DNA of 64,000 nt from Raillietiella orientalis (taxonomy: Eukaryota), in assembly GCA_036172245.1 (NCBI GenBank), contig JAYWIR010000012.1, positions 1,116,001 through 1,180,000 of the forward strand, read 5' to 3'. This document shows positions 1 through 10,966 of the stretch, one piece after another. Position numbers and translations under genes: made by a program. How positions within the stretch are numbered: the first letter of the stretch is position 1; each line of letters starts with the position of its first letter. The notes beneath the pieces were generated by a model, which worked only from the letters and a program-made list of their open reading frames with translations, did no database searches and had not been told where the DNA came from.

Positions 1-544
1 TGACGTGATTGGACGTCCCGAGGATCAAATCTGCACTTGACTTCTCGCCGCTTCGGCCGAACCACCGCCTCTCGGCCGTGGGGAAGCCAGAGATGGGGAG
101 AGAGGCCGGAGCAGCATTCGGCACGCCAGAAGGTCTGCCACTCGCCTGCACCAAGGGTGGAGCTCTGAAGGGTCTCGTTCCACCGAACTTCAGCTTCGGG
201 ATGAGCGATGCTGTTTCATCCGGGAAGTCTGAGTCCATCTCACGAGATCTTTTTTCTTTTTATTTTTATGAAATGCTAGTAGTGACTTCTCGAAGAGATA
301 ATCACTTTTGGACTAGGATGGTGGAAATCCTTTGGGTTTCTTCGGGTTTTTCTGCTTTTTGTTTTTTTTGGTTCGCCGAGTGCTGAAGGACAGTCCGTCT
401 CCTTTGAAGGGAGCTCATGAAGCCCTCTAAGCACCGTCCACGCCATCGGAGGGTGCTTGTCAACTCTCCGAGTTAGGAGTCACCCCGGAAGGACTACCAC
501 ATGAATCCAGTGAAGGTTTCTGAGGACAAAGTCCGTTTCTCTTA

Positions 545-740
545 CTCTTGAGAGGGAGCCGCGGAGGGAACCTCTTTCTTATGCTGCCCGGAGGAAACCC
601 GGAAAGGATCCGCTCCTGGAATTCTTTCTCCGGAGGTTACCCGCAAGGGAGCTACTTCTTATTTCCTCTTCCTATGAAGAGCACTCCGAAGGAACGCTTC
701 TCAATTTCTCTGAAGAGTCGCTCCCCGAAGGGAGCAGCAC
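545..740. repeat. Degenerate ~40-bp tandem array (5 units) in the family A 3' UTR
   Basis: Units start at about 545, 584, 624, 668 and 708 and share the core CTCYGRAGRRA-N2-4-CCSGAAGGGA. The same units recur in the other family A copies. Confidence 0.65.
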
Positions 741-1562
741 ACTTCATGACCTCTGGAGAGATATCAATGCACCAGCTCCATGGTACGAGACGGAGGGTCC
801 TCCACGAGGAGGGGGACGGTTCCATTTTCCCAACTAAAGGGAAACTCAGAAGGAAGCCATCTCCTCGGTTCTTTCCTCCCTCCTGGGTTCCTGAAAAAAC
901 TCCGGAGGGTGCACTTCCGATGATGACCAGTCAACGGGGATACACGACTTCCGACTTCCACCAGCGCAGCTGCACCCGAAGTCTGTGCGCTCATCGGAAG
1001 CATCTTGGGCATCTGCTTCGAAAGCACATGCATAAGATGCAGCCCATCCGCTGCCGGACAGTCTGTTGCTGCTCGCGTTCGGGATGAATCCCTGGAAGGG
1101 GGGTTCGACTGGATCGTTGCAAGGCCACCGGCAATTGCGTGGTTTCCTCCTTTGTGGAAAAGGATGCTGCTCTATGAACTAGCTCAGTTCCTTGGATTCT
1201 TGGATTCTAAGAGCTTCAAGCAGTTTTCTGATCCATGAGCGTACTTGCCAAGATATTTTCAGGTCCCATTGGCGGACAGGCGCAGTTTGAGCCTCTACGC
1301 CGCCCGAGACCACCGTCTGGGGTTCTCTAGTTTCGTCTAAAGTTCTGAAGGAACACTTCCACTGGCCTGATCTGGTGTCATTTGTTCCTCTTCGGGCTGC
1401 TGCTGCGCTAGATGATTTCTGTGGTTCCTTCAAACTGCCCCTCAACCGCTCTCGTCTGCACCCGTGGCCGGATGCTGTGGTTTGCAGCGCTAAGCAATCC
1501 GATCCGAGAAGAACCATACGAGTTCAACCAACCATCTCCTCATTGCTTCTTCATACCCTTTC

Positions 1563-2000
1563 TCACCGGTCAGCTCTCTGAAAAAGGGACCTCTGCTCTC
1601 GGTGGTGGACGTGGTTTAAGGTTGCACCTTTCCTCAGCTCTCCGCTCCGACCGCCGACTGAACAGAGGTGCTCCCCCATGCGGGAGAAAATTCTTCCTTG
1701 CTGACTTTTCTCTACATCGCAGTAAGCGAGAGCATACCCACTTGGCGTCCCGTTCCTCCTCTCATCCCACGGTTTCATGATTGGCAGGCGATGTGCAAGT
1801 TTTTCCGGGAGACGGCAACGCCATCGTCGGGACAGGCGAGATGCGGAGCGAGGGAACTCGGAGGTGCGACGGAGGGAAAAAGATATACCCAGGGACGCTG
1901 AGGGGAGACCATGGTTAGCAGGAAAGACCGGGAGAGGCATGTTGCAGCCAGCACGGACGGCTCCGTTCCCAGGAAGTTCCTGTTTTCCGTTCTCTGTATT
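1563..2000 (-). pseudogene. RNase H1-like domain remnant of LINE family A ORF2
   Basis: ORF 1563-2132(-) contains NTENG...PGNGAVRAG, PWDERRNGTPSG...YCDVEK and ATLNHVHHREQRSLFQRADR. These follow the order of the RNase H1 motifs YTDG/GNGxxARAG, WxxxGWxTxxGxxVxNxDL and HVxGHxGxxxNExADxLA. Confidence 0.5.
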
Positions 2001-4369
2001 CAGAAGTCGCTTTTCCACCAACGCCTGCCTCCCTCCGCGTGTGCCCTCGGAGCAGTGCAGAAATCCACCGAGATGTGAGACTTCAGCTAGAATGACAAAA
2101 CCCCGGTTTTTTTCTGGGACCATGGAAACCATCGTCTCCAGAAGTCTCCACTGGACTCTTGGCCAAGCAGAGGATTGTTAACGAGGCAGAGTCACGATGA
2201 TCGGACCAGGGCGACTCGACTAAGGGGTGTTCCTGGAACAGGAGGAGTGGGAACGACTCCCCGGAAGTCTGTGGCACCTGTCCGTGCTCTGTCCTGGAAA
2301 GCGCCGCACGTATTCTCTGAAAGGTGGTTTAGGAGGTGACGTGGCGGCAGCTTCCCGGAGGTGGTGAGATCTTTAGCTTCCTCCCCGGTCGAGAGGGAGT
2401 CAAAGGAGGGGGTCATAATGATAGGTGGGGTTGCTCCCTACCCCCATCTGAGGGTATGGCCGCGGCAGCCCGACTGATGATTTTCACTCCCATAGGGATG
2501 AGAGCTTTCGCCGGTAGAGCAGAAGCAGCAGAAGAGGGTCGGAGGAGCAAGGAGGCTTTTTTCCTTTATGAGGGTAGTAGACGCTGGCGTCTCCCCCACC
2601 CTTGGTGGGGGAGGAGATTTTGGATTCTTGGCAATGACTCGCGTTGCAGAGAAGTCCTGCCTGGCACTCGGAGCCATCCCACTGTCCTTTGTTGGGGCAC
2701 TGAGGTACCATCACAGATGTGCCGCAGCGGGTAGGAAGGGCGCCTGCGAGCCTGACTACTCCTCGTCAAGGAGGTGAAAGCGGAATCTCTGTAGTGCAGT
2801 CGATCCTGGCATCCTCCCTCTCGAGAGTAAGTTTGCTCTTCACGGGAGTGGAGAGGGCCAACCCTGGGTAGAGACCACCGAGGCTATTGGGAAGCTCGAG
2901 CGGGACCTCCGTGAGCTCATGGTCGCGCTCTAGGCCGCGCTCACCAATGATTTTGCGCATCTGTGCCTTCGACTGAGTCAGAAACGAGCGACCATCCTCG
3001 AGGGAAGCGCGTCCTTTATCCGAGTAGAGATGAAGGGAGGGAGGAAGAGGGTGAGATCCTCGGTGCAAAGGGCGGCTCCCTGAGGGAGCGGCGTGTCGGT
3101 GCTTTCGTGCTCGTCGGAAGGCGTTCTTCCCCTCCGCTACTGTCCCGCCGAGGCACGAGGGGCCGGAAGGACTGTGCCCAGCCCATGCTCAGACTTCGCG
3201 AACCTCGATCCGCAGCCGCCGAACCTCAGAAAGATCTCTTCAGCTGGCCGCCATCTTCCGCGTGCCGAGGGAGCGGGCAAGTGTACTCTGCGGTGGTGTA
3301 CCGGGTGCCCCGCCAGATCTTCAGGACCGACGGCAAAAGGGCGGCGTTCACAGGGAAAGCAGATGCCGCTCCTGGAATGGAGTAGCGATGGCGCTGAGCA
3401 GCATCCGGGGACGGGTCCTCAGGCAGAGGAGTCCTCTTCTCCGGGACGCGGCAACGGGATGCTGCCACAGATACCGCGTAGGGGGATGGCAAGGGATATC
3501 GATGAGGCGTGATGAGCCTTATCTTGGACAGCGCCACCTCGTGCGTGCTCCCGGGGAAGACTGCCTTTCCTCTAGCACCGCATTTTCTCGAGCATCGCCC
3601 ATGCTGCTGTCCGCAAGGGCGAGGGAGCCCTGCGGTACCGGCCGCTCCATCCAGGTATCAGAAACTCAGAGAGAGGGAGGGAGCATAGCCTGCAGGGAGT
3701 GCGTACATGTAGAAGTGGGATTTTCCTAAGAAGGGCTCCCGTGTCCCTGGCGATGCTCTCTCTTCGAGCCTCGCCAGGTCATATGATGGATGGTCCTGGC
3801 CTTCCCAGCGCTGCTCGGAGCTGGTTGCCACAGGAAACCTGAAGGCTTCTTCTGGCGCCGAGTTGCTTCTGTTTCATCAGAAAAGGCGGTAGCGGCTGTG
3901 GAGACGGAAGGGCGCGGCCGCTTGAGCCTGAAGGGGGTGGTCTTCTTGCCTACCAGGAAGCTGGTGAGGCGAAACTACTAAGTTTTCCCACGAAGAGGCC
4001 GGAGAAAGAAGAGCGTTGAGGGCGCAGAGAAACGGAAGAGGTCTTTCGGGAGACGAGAACGGCAGCGGGCGGTGCGCGCAGAAGCAGCCCCACGGAGACA
4101 AAGGAACAAAGTCAGAGGAAGCTTTCTCAACCTGTTCCTTCGGAGCAGGAAGCGTCCCGGAAGCCAGATCGTGAATGAGGAACGTGCAGCAGTTTGAGGA
4201 GATGAGGAGGAGCAAGAGGTCATCTTGATCGCGCGCACTCAGGAAACAGGCGGTCGTCTGGGGAGAAGGACGGACGCCGGACGCCCTTTGTGAAGATGTG
4301 AGGACGCTAAGAGCGACCACTATTCCCTGATGGAGAGAGTGTGAGCTCTTCAGTGTTTGTTACCTTGAT

Positions 4370-4960
4370 CATCTACAGGCTTTCTGGATGAACGCAATCA
4401 TTTTCCATCACCTGACAACAAAACGTCATCCTAAGAGGAGCAAGGCATTTCCGGGATGCCTTGGCAACAGCTTCGGATAAGTCTCTGGAGATCAAGGTCG
4501 CCAAGCAGCCTGCCTGGGAAGTTGGGAATGCTCCTGGATGCGTGGTGGTTGACAGATCGTTAGAACGTCTTGCACGGTGAATATGCCGTCGGCCACTCTG
4601 AGCATCTGAAGTTTCTGGGTCAAAGTTCAAGTAGGGAAGAGAACTTCGCGATTGCCGCATCTGCAGTTTCAAGTGGAGAGGAAGTTCTCGTGGACCTCAG
4701 GTGTCTTGCATCTTGCCCTCTTACAGTGAAATCCTGCAAAACTTCATTCTTGCGACCACTTTTGCGAGTGGTGCCAGAAGCAAGCCTGCTCCTTGATCAT
4801 CGCGCGTGGCGTGTCGCAATCATCTCGAGACAGCAGCCTGGCTGCACCGAGATGCTGCGAAGGGGAAATGAAGAGATGGCGTACCTTCTGGGAAGGACAC
4901 TAGTAGGTTCGAAGAAGAACGTGGAGGTTCACAAAGAAATGCAGGTTCTTTGACATCAAC
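4370..4960 (+). mobile_element. hAT transposase remnant (DUF659-like region)
   Basis: Frameshifted motifs GMLLDAWWLTDR (~SIMxDGWTD), HGEYAV (~HTGE), LDHRAW and EMLRRG/KRWRT (~ELLRPGxTRW) appear in the expected order. Confidence 0.4.
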
Positions 4961-5162
4961 ACTCTGCAGGAAAGTCAGACATGCGCTTCCTCCTCTCCAG
5001 GAACACACCTCGCGTGCGTATATGCAGAGACACGGGCATGCTCACGCGAGCACTCCTTAGACAGACCGCAAGAGTGCCACACCTTTCGGCACCCGCGCGC
5101 AAGCGTGCGCAAACAAGCAGCACACGCATGCTGGGCTCATGCGCTTTGTGTGCAAACGTGCC

Positions 5163-5192
5163 CTCTCTCTCGCGCGCGCGCGCGCACGCGTG
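5163..5192. repeat. (CT)4(CG)7CACGCGTG simple repeat
   Basis: Directly visible as ctctctct cgcgcgcgcgcgcg cacgcgtg. Confidence 0.9.
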
Positions 5193-5599
5193 GCAGTGTG
5201 GCGACAGCCCATCCAGAAGAAACTCCTGCGGTACACCGGGGAAGACGGCAAACGTGGCCGACGGATGCCGGCGAGTGGTGCTGGTCACGAACGCGATGCT
5301 TCCCGGATGTTCTGCCGGGGGCGAAGTCACCTGCGCGCACCCCGTTTCCGGAGAGCAGCAGGGAATGGCGTTTTCTGTTGAGAGCAATCCGAGGTCGAGG
5401 TGGGGAGAGGGCCTCCGCCACCGTTCCCGTGGAAACGCACGGTCTCGGAGCCTAAGGAGGGGTCTCCATTCCGCCGCATCTCGCGAGGCCCTCTTGTAGG
5501 AATCAGGTGTTTCCCCTTGTCCGGTCATGAAAAGTACACAGATATAAAGAAGGACTCAAAGAGAAATTTCTTCCTGGAAGCTGGAGCGGGGGAACGGAC

Positions 5600-6350
5600 C
5601 TCACTCCAATGGAGGAAGCAGCCCACTCGGCCGGTGAGATCCAGGAAGGATCTGTAGGGCGACTGCGAGAGAGAAGGCACGCGCTCGAATGGAACTCAAA
5701 GCAAAGAGGCGACCTGCGAGAGTAAGGTCACGAAAAGCGCGTCTGTAAGGTCACGAAAGAATGCTTTCCATCCTGCTGGCTGCTTGGCGTCCGAGCAGTC
5801 AGCAGGGAAAGATAAGCAGCTCAGAATCGCCCACGCTGGTGGCGCATTTCCTTTTCCTGGATGCGTACTCTCGCTACTGGCGACGGAAGGCGGCGGAGGA
5901 GCCTAAGATCAGGTCGCGAGGAGAACGAGGACCTTACCTTTCCCCGTCTTCAATTCTCAAAGGAGCAGGGGGTGGGGTTGAGGCAGAAAAAGATATGACC
6001 TGCCAAAAGTCATCCATGATGGCACGGTTTGCATCCTATTGCAGGATGATGGCTGCCGGAGTCGATTTCCGGTGCGAGACGCACTCTGATGGGATGACCA
6101 GAGGAAGGAGCAGACGAAGATGTTCGAAGAAGAGAAACAGGAGATTCGCTGACAAGCCGGGCGCCATCCAGGCACTCTCCTTGTCTGCGCTCATCCACGG
6201 TGACAGCACGGAACAAGAGCACAACGGGATCGAAGAGAGGTAGAATGGAGTTACCCCTCCCAATCGTAACAGTCCTGCCCGGGAAGGATTGTTGGCATCT
6301 GCCTCGCATCGAATTGCCTATGGGTCCCCAGGATATTTCGGGATGCACTG
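5600..6350 (-). mobile_element. PIF/Harbinger DDE transposase remnant
   Basis: Minus-strand motifs in order: GECLDGARLV (~GAIDGTHV), HRKSTPAAIILQ*DAN (~RKxxHSxxLQxVxD), LILGSSAAF (~LGDSAY) and KHSFVTLQTRF (~ExAFGxLKxRF). Confidence 0.6.
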
Positions 6351-6549
6351 GAAAACGACGAGCAAAAAGGCCAGGCAGCCTACGTGCGCTCCTGAACCAG
6401 GGGACTCCGCTCCAGAAGGGAAGCTGCCTGCCAGCTCATCCGGAAAATGATGCGACTGGTGATGGATGTGTTTGCGAAACTCCGCTCGGTCCATCGATGG
6501 CCGCCCAGTAGACCCTCTTGACAGGAAATCGAAAGCGCTGCAAACGTTA

Positions 6550-7775
6550 AAAATGGCCCTCTTCTGCGGCAGTCCCGAGGCGAAGCTGCTTCCGGGCTCT
6601 TTCGCGGCATGAAGACAAGACTTTCGGGCATCCCGGCTTCCGTTTCACGACCATTTTTGCTGCTCTTCCGGCTTCACCTGCGAGGGGTCCCCGGGTGGCT
6701 CGCAGCATCTGCGCTCCGACTGCTTCTGGGCAAGAGGGGACCCGCGAGAAGGCAGGAGAGCTCTCGACGATTCCCATCACCCAGGACCGGGAGCGCTGTT
6801 TTATCGGGACCTCCAGGATTCGCGAGGAGGTGATTAGGAGAAGTCTTCCGTTTCCAAGAAACAACACCTTTGGTCCCGCGTTCCTCTACGGTTTCGATGT
6901 CAGCCGAATTTGCGACTCGGAACAGCGAGAACGTTCGTGATGGAAATGGGGGTCCTCGGAGCCTCCAGATGCTCTGTGGAGAGGTCGGGAAGTCAAGCGC
7001 GGTCTCTAGTGGCAACCACCCGCAATGTGACAATTGTTCGACGAAACCCACGTGATCCAGAGATGCGTTTCTGCAGCTGCAAGTGCCAATCAGGAAAACC
7101 CTCCTGTAAAGCTGCGAGAGTAGACCAACGCTGGCGAAACCTTCTTGCATCTGCCCAAGTCACTCCAGAACGCCTTGCTCGGGACCCTCAGTGCATCCCT
7201 GGAGGGTTCTCGCGAACCCTATCTTAAACATCGAGGCCTCAGGGCTTCCTGGACGCGTCCTTTCTCTTCGCACCACTCTGCCGCCAGCCCGCTATCCGCT
7301 GGCGCTCTGAGTGGCCAGAACCCCGATCCCCCGGAAGTGAGGAACGTCTCCGTGCCCAGAGAGAACGGTGCCCAAGGAGGGTGCTGCCAGACGCGCTGCT
7401 CGGTTCTAACCATGGTCTTTGAGTCACTGGGAGAGAGAGGCTGATCATGTTCCAAACTGTCCCCTCCGACCACCTACTGCCACATACACAGGGAGCGCTG
7501 ACCGTCGGAACGGGGGCCGTTCGCGAATCGCTATTTCTCGTGTTAGGAGGGCGTGGGGTGCAGGGGACCCCTCGGACGATCGTAGGCAAACGGAAGGCAT
7601 CCGACCTCCAGTTTCTTTCTTGCGGGTCTTCGAGAGTCGTGCAAGATACCGTGAGGCAGTGAGTCCATACTCATTCCCTATTTCTCCTCCCCACTACTCC
7701 TTGGTTCTGCTCCCATGACGTCAGTCCCCTCAGACACAAGCGGACACGGGCCTTTCGCTGCATTTATTTTTATTC
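6550..7775 (+). mobile_element. Probable LINE 3' fragment (zf-RVT-like motif, AT-rich end)
   Basis: HPQCDNCSTKPT*SRDAF / FCSC near 7015-7080 resembles CxxC..ET..H.F..C. The region ends in catttatttttattcattc, like other LINE ends here. Confidence 0.35.
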
Positions 7776-7789
7776 ATTCGCCCGTGTCG

Positions 7790-8330
7790 AGTGCGCTGGC
7801 GTGGCCATACGAGGTGGTTGTGCTGGTTGACGGAGCTCGCCTCGCGTCCACGTGTTCCATTTCTGCAACCTCCTCCTATTCTTCCTGTACGCATGCAAAA
7901 ATTTCTGCGGGGACGTGCCAGCACGGAGTTTCCGCGGATCGCGTTTTTCAGCCAGGGTGGGCAACACCATCTTCAGAGGAGGAGACCCTCGCACTTCCGC
8001 AGGGACCGTCGGTTCTTCGGCTCTCCGTTTTCAGGAGGCTCATCAAGTGAAGCTGGGAGTTCGAGGCTCACTTTCAACCTTTCTGCACAGCCGTTTGGAG
8101 CCCAGTCTGCGGTCTCGAATGTGGGATCCTCCCAGTTGCCTGCTGGGGAGCGGGACGTGGAGCGAGCTCTTGGAGCTGAAGAGCGGCACTTTCCCATTTT
8201 CCCTCTGGTGTCGCGATGCCGTCCTGGATACTCTGAGAGTAGGCCGTCTTTCCTTGTAGCGATTTGCGTGCCGCTGGAGCGCAGCTCGTCTCCACTTCAA
8301 GCACGAAGGCAAAGGTTGAGCAGGGGCGCC
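7790..8330 (+). mobile_element. Ty3/gypsy integrase remnant
   Basis: Motifs VVVLVDG, VFHFC, QHGVSADRVF (~HGVPxxIVSD) and TWSELL (~WxxxLP). Confidence 0.45.
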
Positions 8331-8406
8331 ATCATGAAGGTGTTATGCAGATTAGGGATGCAAGAAGGGGTTACAAGACGGAAGAATGCCGACAAAAGCA
8401 AGATGA

Positions 8407-10960
8407 TTTTACAACAGGTTGCTCAAGGCGTTTACTTATATAAAATGAACATACAAGTCAGTGGCAGGACGCTTGGTTCTGCCACGTTACAAATATGAGG
8501 AGAACCTGCCGAGAACCGACGCGCAGACAAGCGGGGTTCGTCTCACTAGCAGAAGGGGAAAGAGGGAGGAAACAAACAAAAAGAAAAATAAAACAAAAAA
8601 TATACACAAAAAAAACTTGAGAGAGTTCAGGAAGGGATCACCGGTTGCTGGTGGGCGTCTTCTGCATCCTTGTAAGGATGCCAGCAAGTTCCTTCTGAGT
8701 ATGTCCCAGATGGGGACATCTTGACACTGTCCTCATGAAGAGAGCGGCAAAATAGATTGCGTCCCTATCGTTCTGGCCTACACTGGCGTTGCCATATGCA
8801 GCCATGGTCCTGCGTAGGCAGCGGAGTGCTACTAGGGATGAAGCCTACTTGAGGGCGTCGCTCTGGAGGAGGCGCTTCAGAATGCCTCTGGGGTTACCCT
8901 CGGGGTTCCGCCGAAACGCGGCAAAACGCTCCCACAGGGGGCAGAGGGCAACACAATACATGAGCAGATGAGAGAGGGACTCTCTTTCGCCGCACCTGCT
9001 GCAGTTGGGGGTCGCACTCCATCGCGTCCCATGGTGTCCGCGGGCATTGCCCGGCACTGCCCAAAGCAACGCAAGGATCGCCAACTCCTGCCACTTTAGG
9101 GGGAGGGTAGCACTGTTCCAGTACACTGGGGACCACTGTAGCTCCTTCGGAGGAATTTGTAGTTGCTCTCTCCAGCATTGGAGTCCTTTTGGAGGGACAC
9201 GGGACAGCGTCCGTCAGCGCCCGTCAGCTCCCAAGTTGTCCACACATGTAGAAGTTTTTTCATGTTGTCAGTGCACGTCACCTCTCGCCTTGCCGGAAAG
9301 TCGCTGTCTCCTGCTTCGTAGGGAGGGCAGCACTGGGATAAGGGGGACACAATGATGGTGGACCACTTCTTCAATCCTGGAAACTCCCCTGCACATCTAC
9401 TCTCAACCCTTACCAATCCTGCCTCACCTTTCTTGTTCCGAGACATCATTTTATCTAAGGCTCTTTGCGATCTAATAGAAGATTGGATATTATCAAAGAG
9501 TGATTCCACTGTAGAGGAGAGCATTTCTGGTAGCTCAAGGGGGTGCTGCTGGAAAGTCCGAACTTCAGTTGATGGCTTCCTCTCGCGCGGTGTCCTTGGA
9601 ATGCTCCTGAGGATGAAGCGTCTTATGCAGTTTCCTACACACTCCCTTTCGGGAAGATCGACCGAATCCGAAAATCCCGTGTTCCATCCGTGCACATTCC
9701 GACCGCATGTTCAGAGGAACTTGGAGCTCGCTCTAGGCTGGAAGGGAAGCTCAGCGTCATTACGCCAGCTCTGCGGAGCAAGTCAGTGGGAAGCTGAAGC
9801 ATCTCTTCGGGAAGCGCAGCGGTTTCCTTTGGAAGGGAAGTATTTTGGTCCCTTCCAGCGCGATCTTTTCAAACGAGCTACGCCCAGATCTGCACGCAGC
9901 GAGCAGGAGGGGGGAGGGGGCATGATGCTCTCTCTGTAATGGAATCACCTGATGCGCCGTTAAATGAATCTGCGATGCTTCAGGATCAGATGGAATCCAG
10001 GAGCTGTCTCCGTCAGGGATTTGCTCCTTCGACAGGAGACGCGTGCCCGCTTATCGCGAAATCTCGGCTCTCATGGGGAATGGGTGATCGCTGCCTGCGT
10101 GATTGAAAACCGGAAATGAAACTGTGCTGACAGCGGAGTCCAATCGAAAATCCGACCGCGGTCCTTGACCGGAGTGTCCACGCTGAATTTTCCGCGCTCC
10201 CCAAGGCTGCCTCCAGAAAACTTCAGAGGCACTGGGCAGATAAAAGCACGAGATGCTTCCTTCCCTGTTCTGCGGTGTGAAGCAGTTTGGATGAGAAGTG
10301 GTACCGACATCCCTTCCTGCGATAGTCTAGGCGTGTCCCTTGTTTCCCCTGCGACTCACTACACCCCCTTGAACACAGGGATGAGATCACCAGAGCATTT
10401 CGTTGATAAAGCCAGCCTGGGTAGTTGATTGAGTGATGACGAACCTGCTTGGAATCAGCGTTCCTCGTGTCCCTGGGCGATCTGTGTAGGAGATCTCCCT
10501 GCGTTTCCACCTCGTGAAGCACACAGCGAGCAACTGACCGCAGAGTTCTGGGATGCTCCGCAAGTCCCAAAGGTTTCCCCATTCGCCAGGATAACCGATT
10601 TGCTTCATTAGAGGGGATGACGTCACCAATGCAGTTCCGAAAGCCGCCTCCACGTAGCTGGTTGAGTGATGAACGACCCTGCTTAGAATTGGGGAGCCAG
10701 CGGACACTTCTTTCGAACAAAGCTGACAGTAAAAGCTCAATCTGATGATGGAGGCTGTGATGATGATTCGCCAGTGCTCGAGGAGGCTCTGTTCGAATTT
10801 GACTCCACTGACAGGCCCAGATCCATAGCGACCGATCCTTTTTGCGGTAACAGCCAAAGTTTCTCGTAGGACTGCTAGCCGTTTTTCGAGAGGATCTCTG
10901 GAGACGAAGGCGATCCTCGCGCCATCCTCCAAGCACGATATTTTCACTACCGCCGAAGAT
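8407..10960 (-). mobile_element. Decayed L1/Tx1-like LINE, family B copy 1 (RT to 3' end)
   Basis: Motifs GYPGEWGNLWDL...GQLLAVCF...GTLIP (~DGxPxEFYxxxWDxxGxDL...ITLIPK), ADLGV (~YLGV), KKGEAGL (~PKxEGGLG) and zf-RVT PNCSRCGERESLSHLLMYC (ORF 8845-9126). The 3' UTR is homologous to 24500-24968, 45868-46400 and 62050-62584. Confidence 0.8.
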
Positions 10961-10966
10961 GCTTCA

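Larger units (their letters stand above)
340..3850 (-). mobile_element. Decayed, 5'-truncated L1-like LINE, family A copy 1 (RT - RNase H - 3' UTR - poly(A))
   Basis: Minus-strand degenerate RT motifs occur in order: HRQGHGSPS (~RQGCPLSP, ~3750), RYPLP (~RYLG), KIWRG and CPLPRHAEDGG (~LCxPxxEGGLG, ORF 3226-3537). An RNase H-like segment lies at 1563-2000. Positions 370-1080 are clearly homologous to 12700-13387, 20340-21200, 34075-34900 and 37945-38800. The T-rich tract at 340-368 is the decayed poly(A). Confidence 0.7.

Noticed and set aside
2..238. Minus-strand frame starting MDSDFPDE and running off the window edge
   Set aside because: 79 open codons is within chance at this GC content and there is no recognisable motif. 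Flanking sequence is needed.
545..740. CRISPR-like repeat-spacer array
   Set aside because: The units are degenerate along their whole length with no unique spacers, no cas genes are present, and the array is part of a dispersed poly(A)-tailed element.
4444..4470. Harbinger FPGCLG motif
   Set aside because: It is not followed by IDG, and surrounding motifs fit hAT better.
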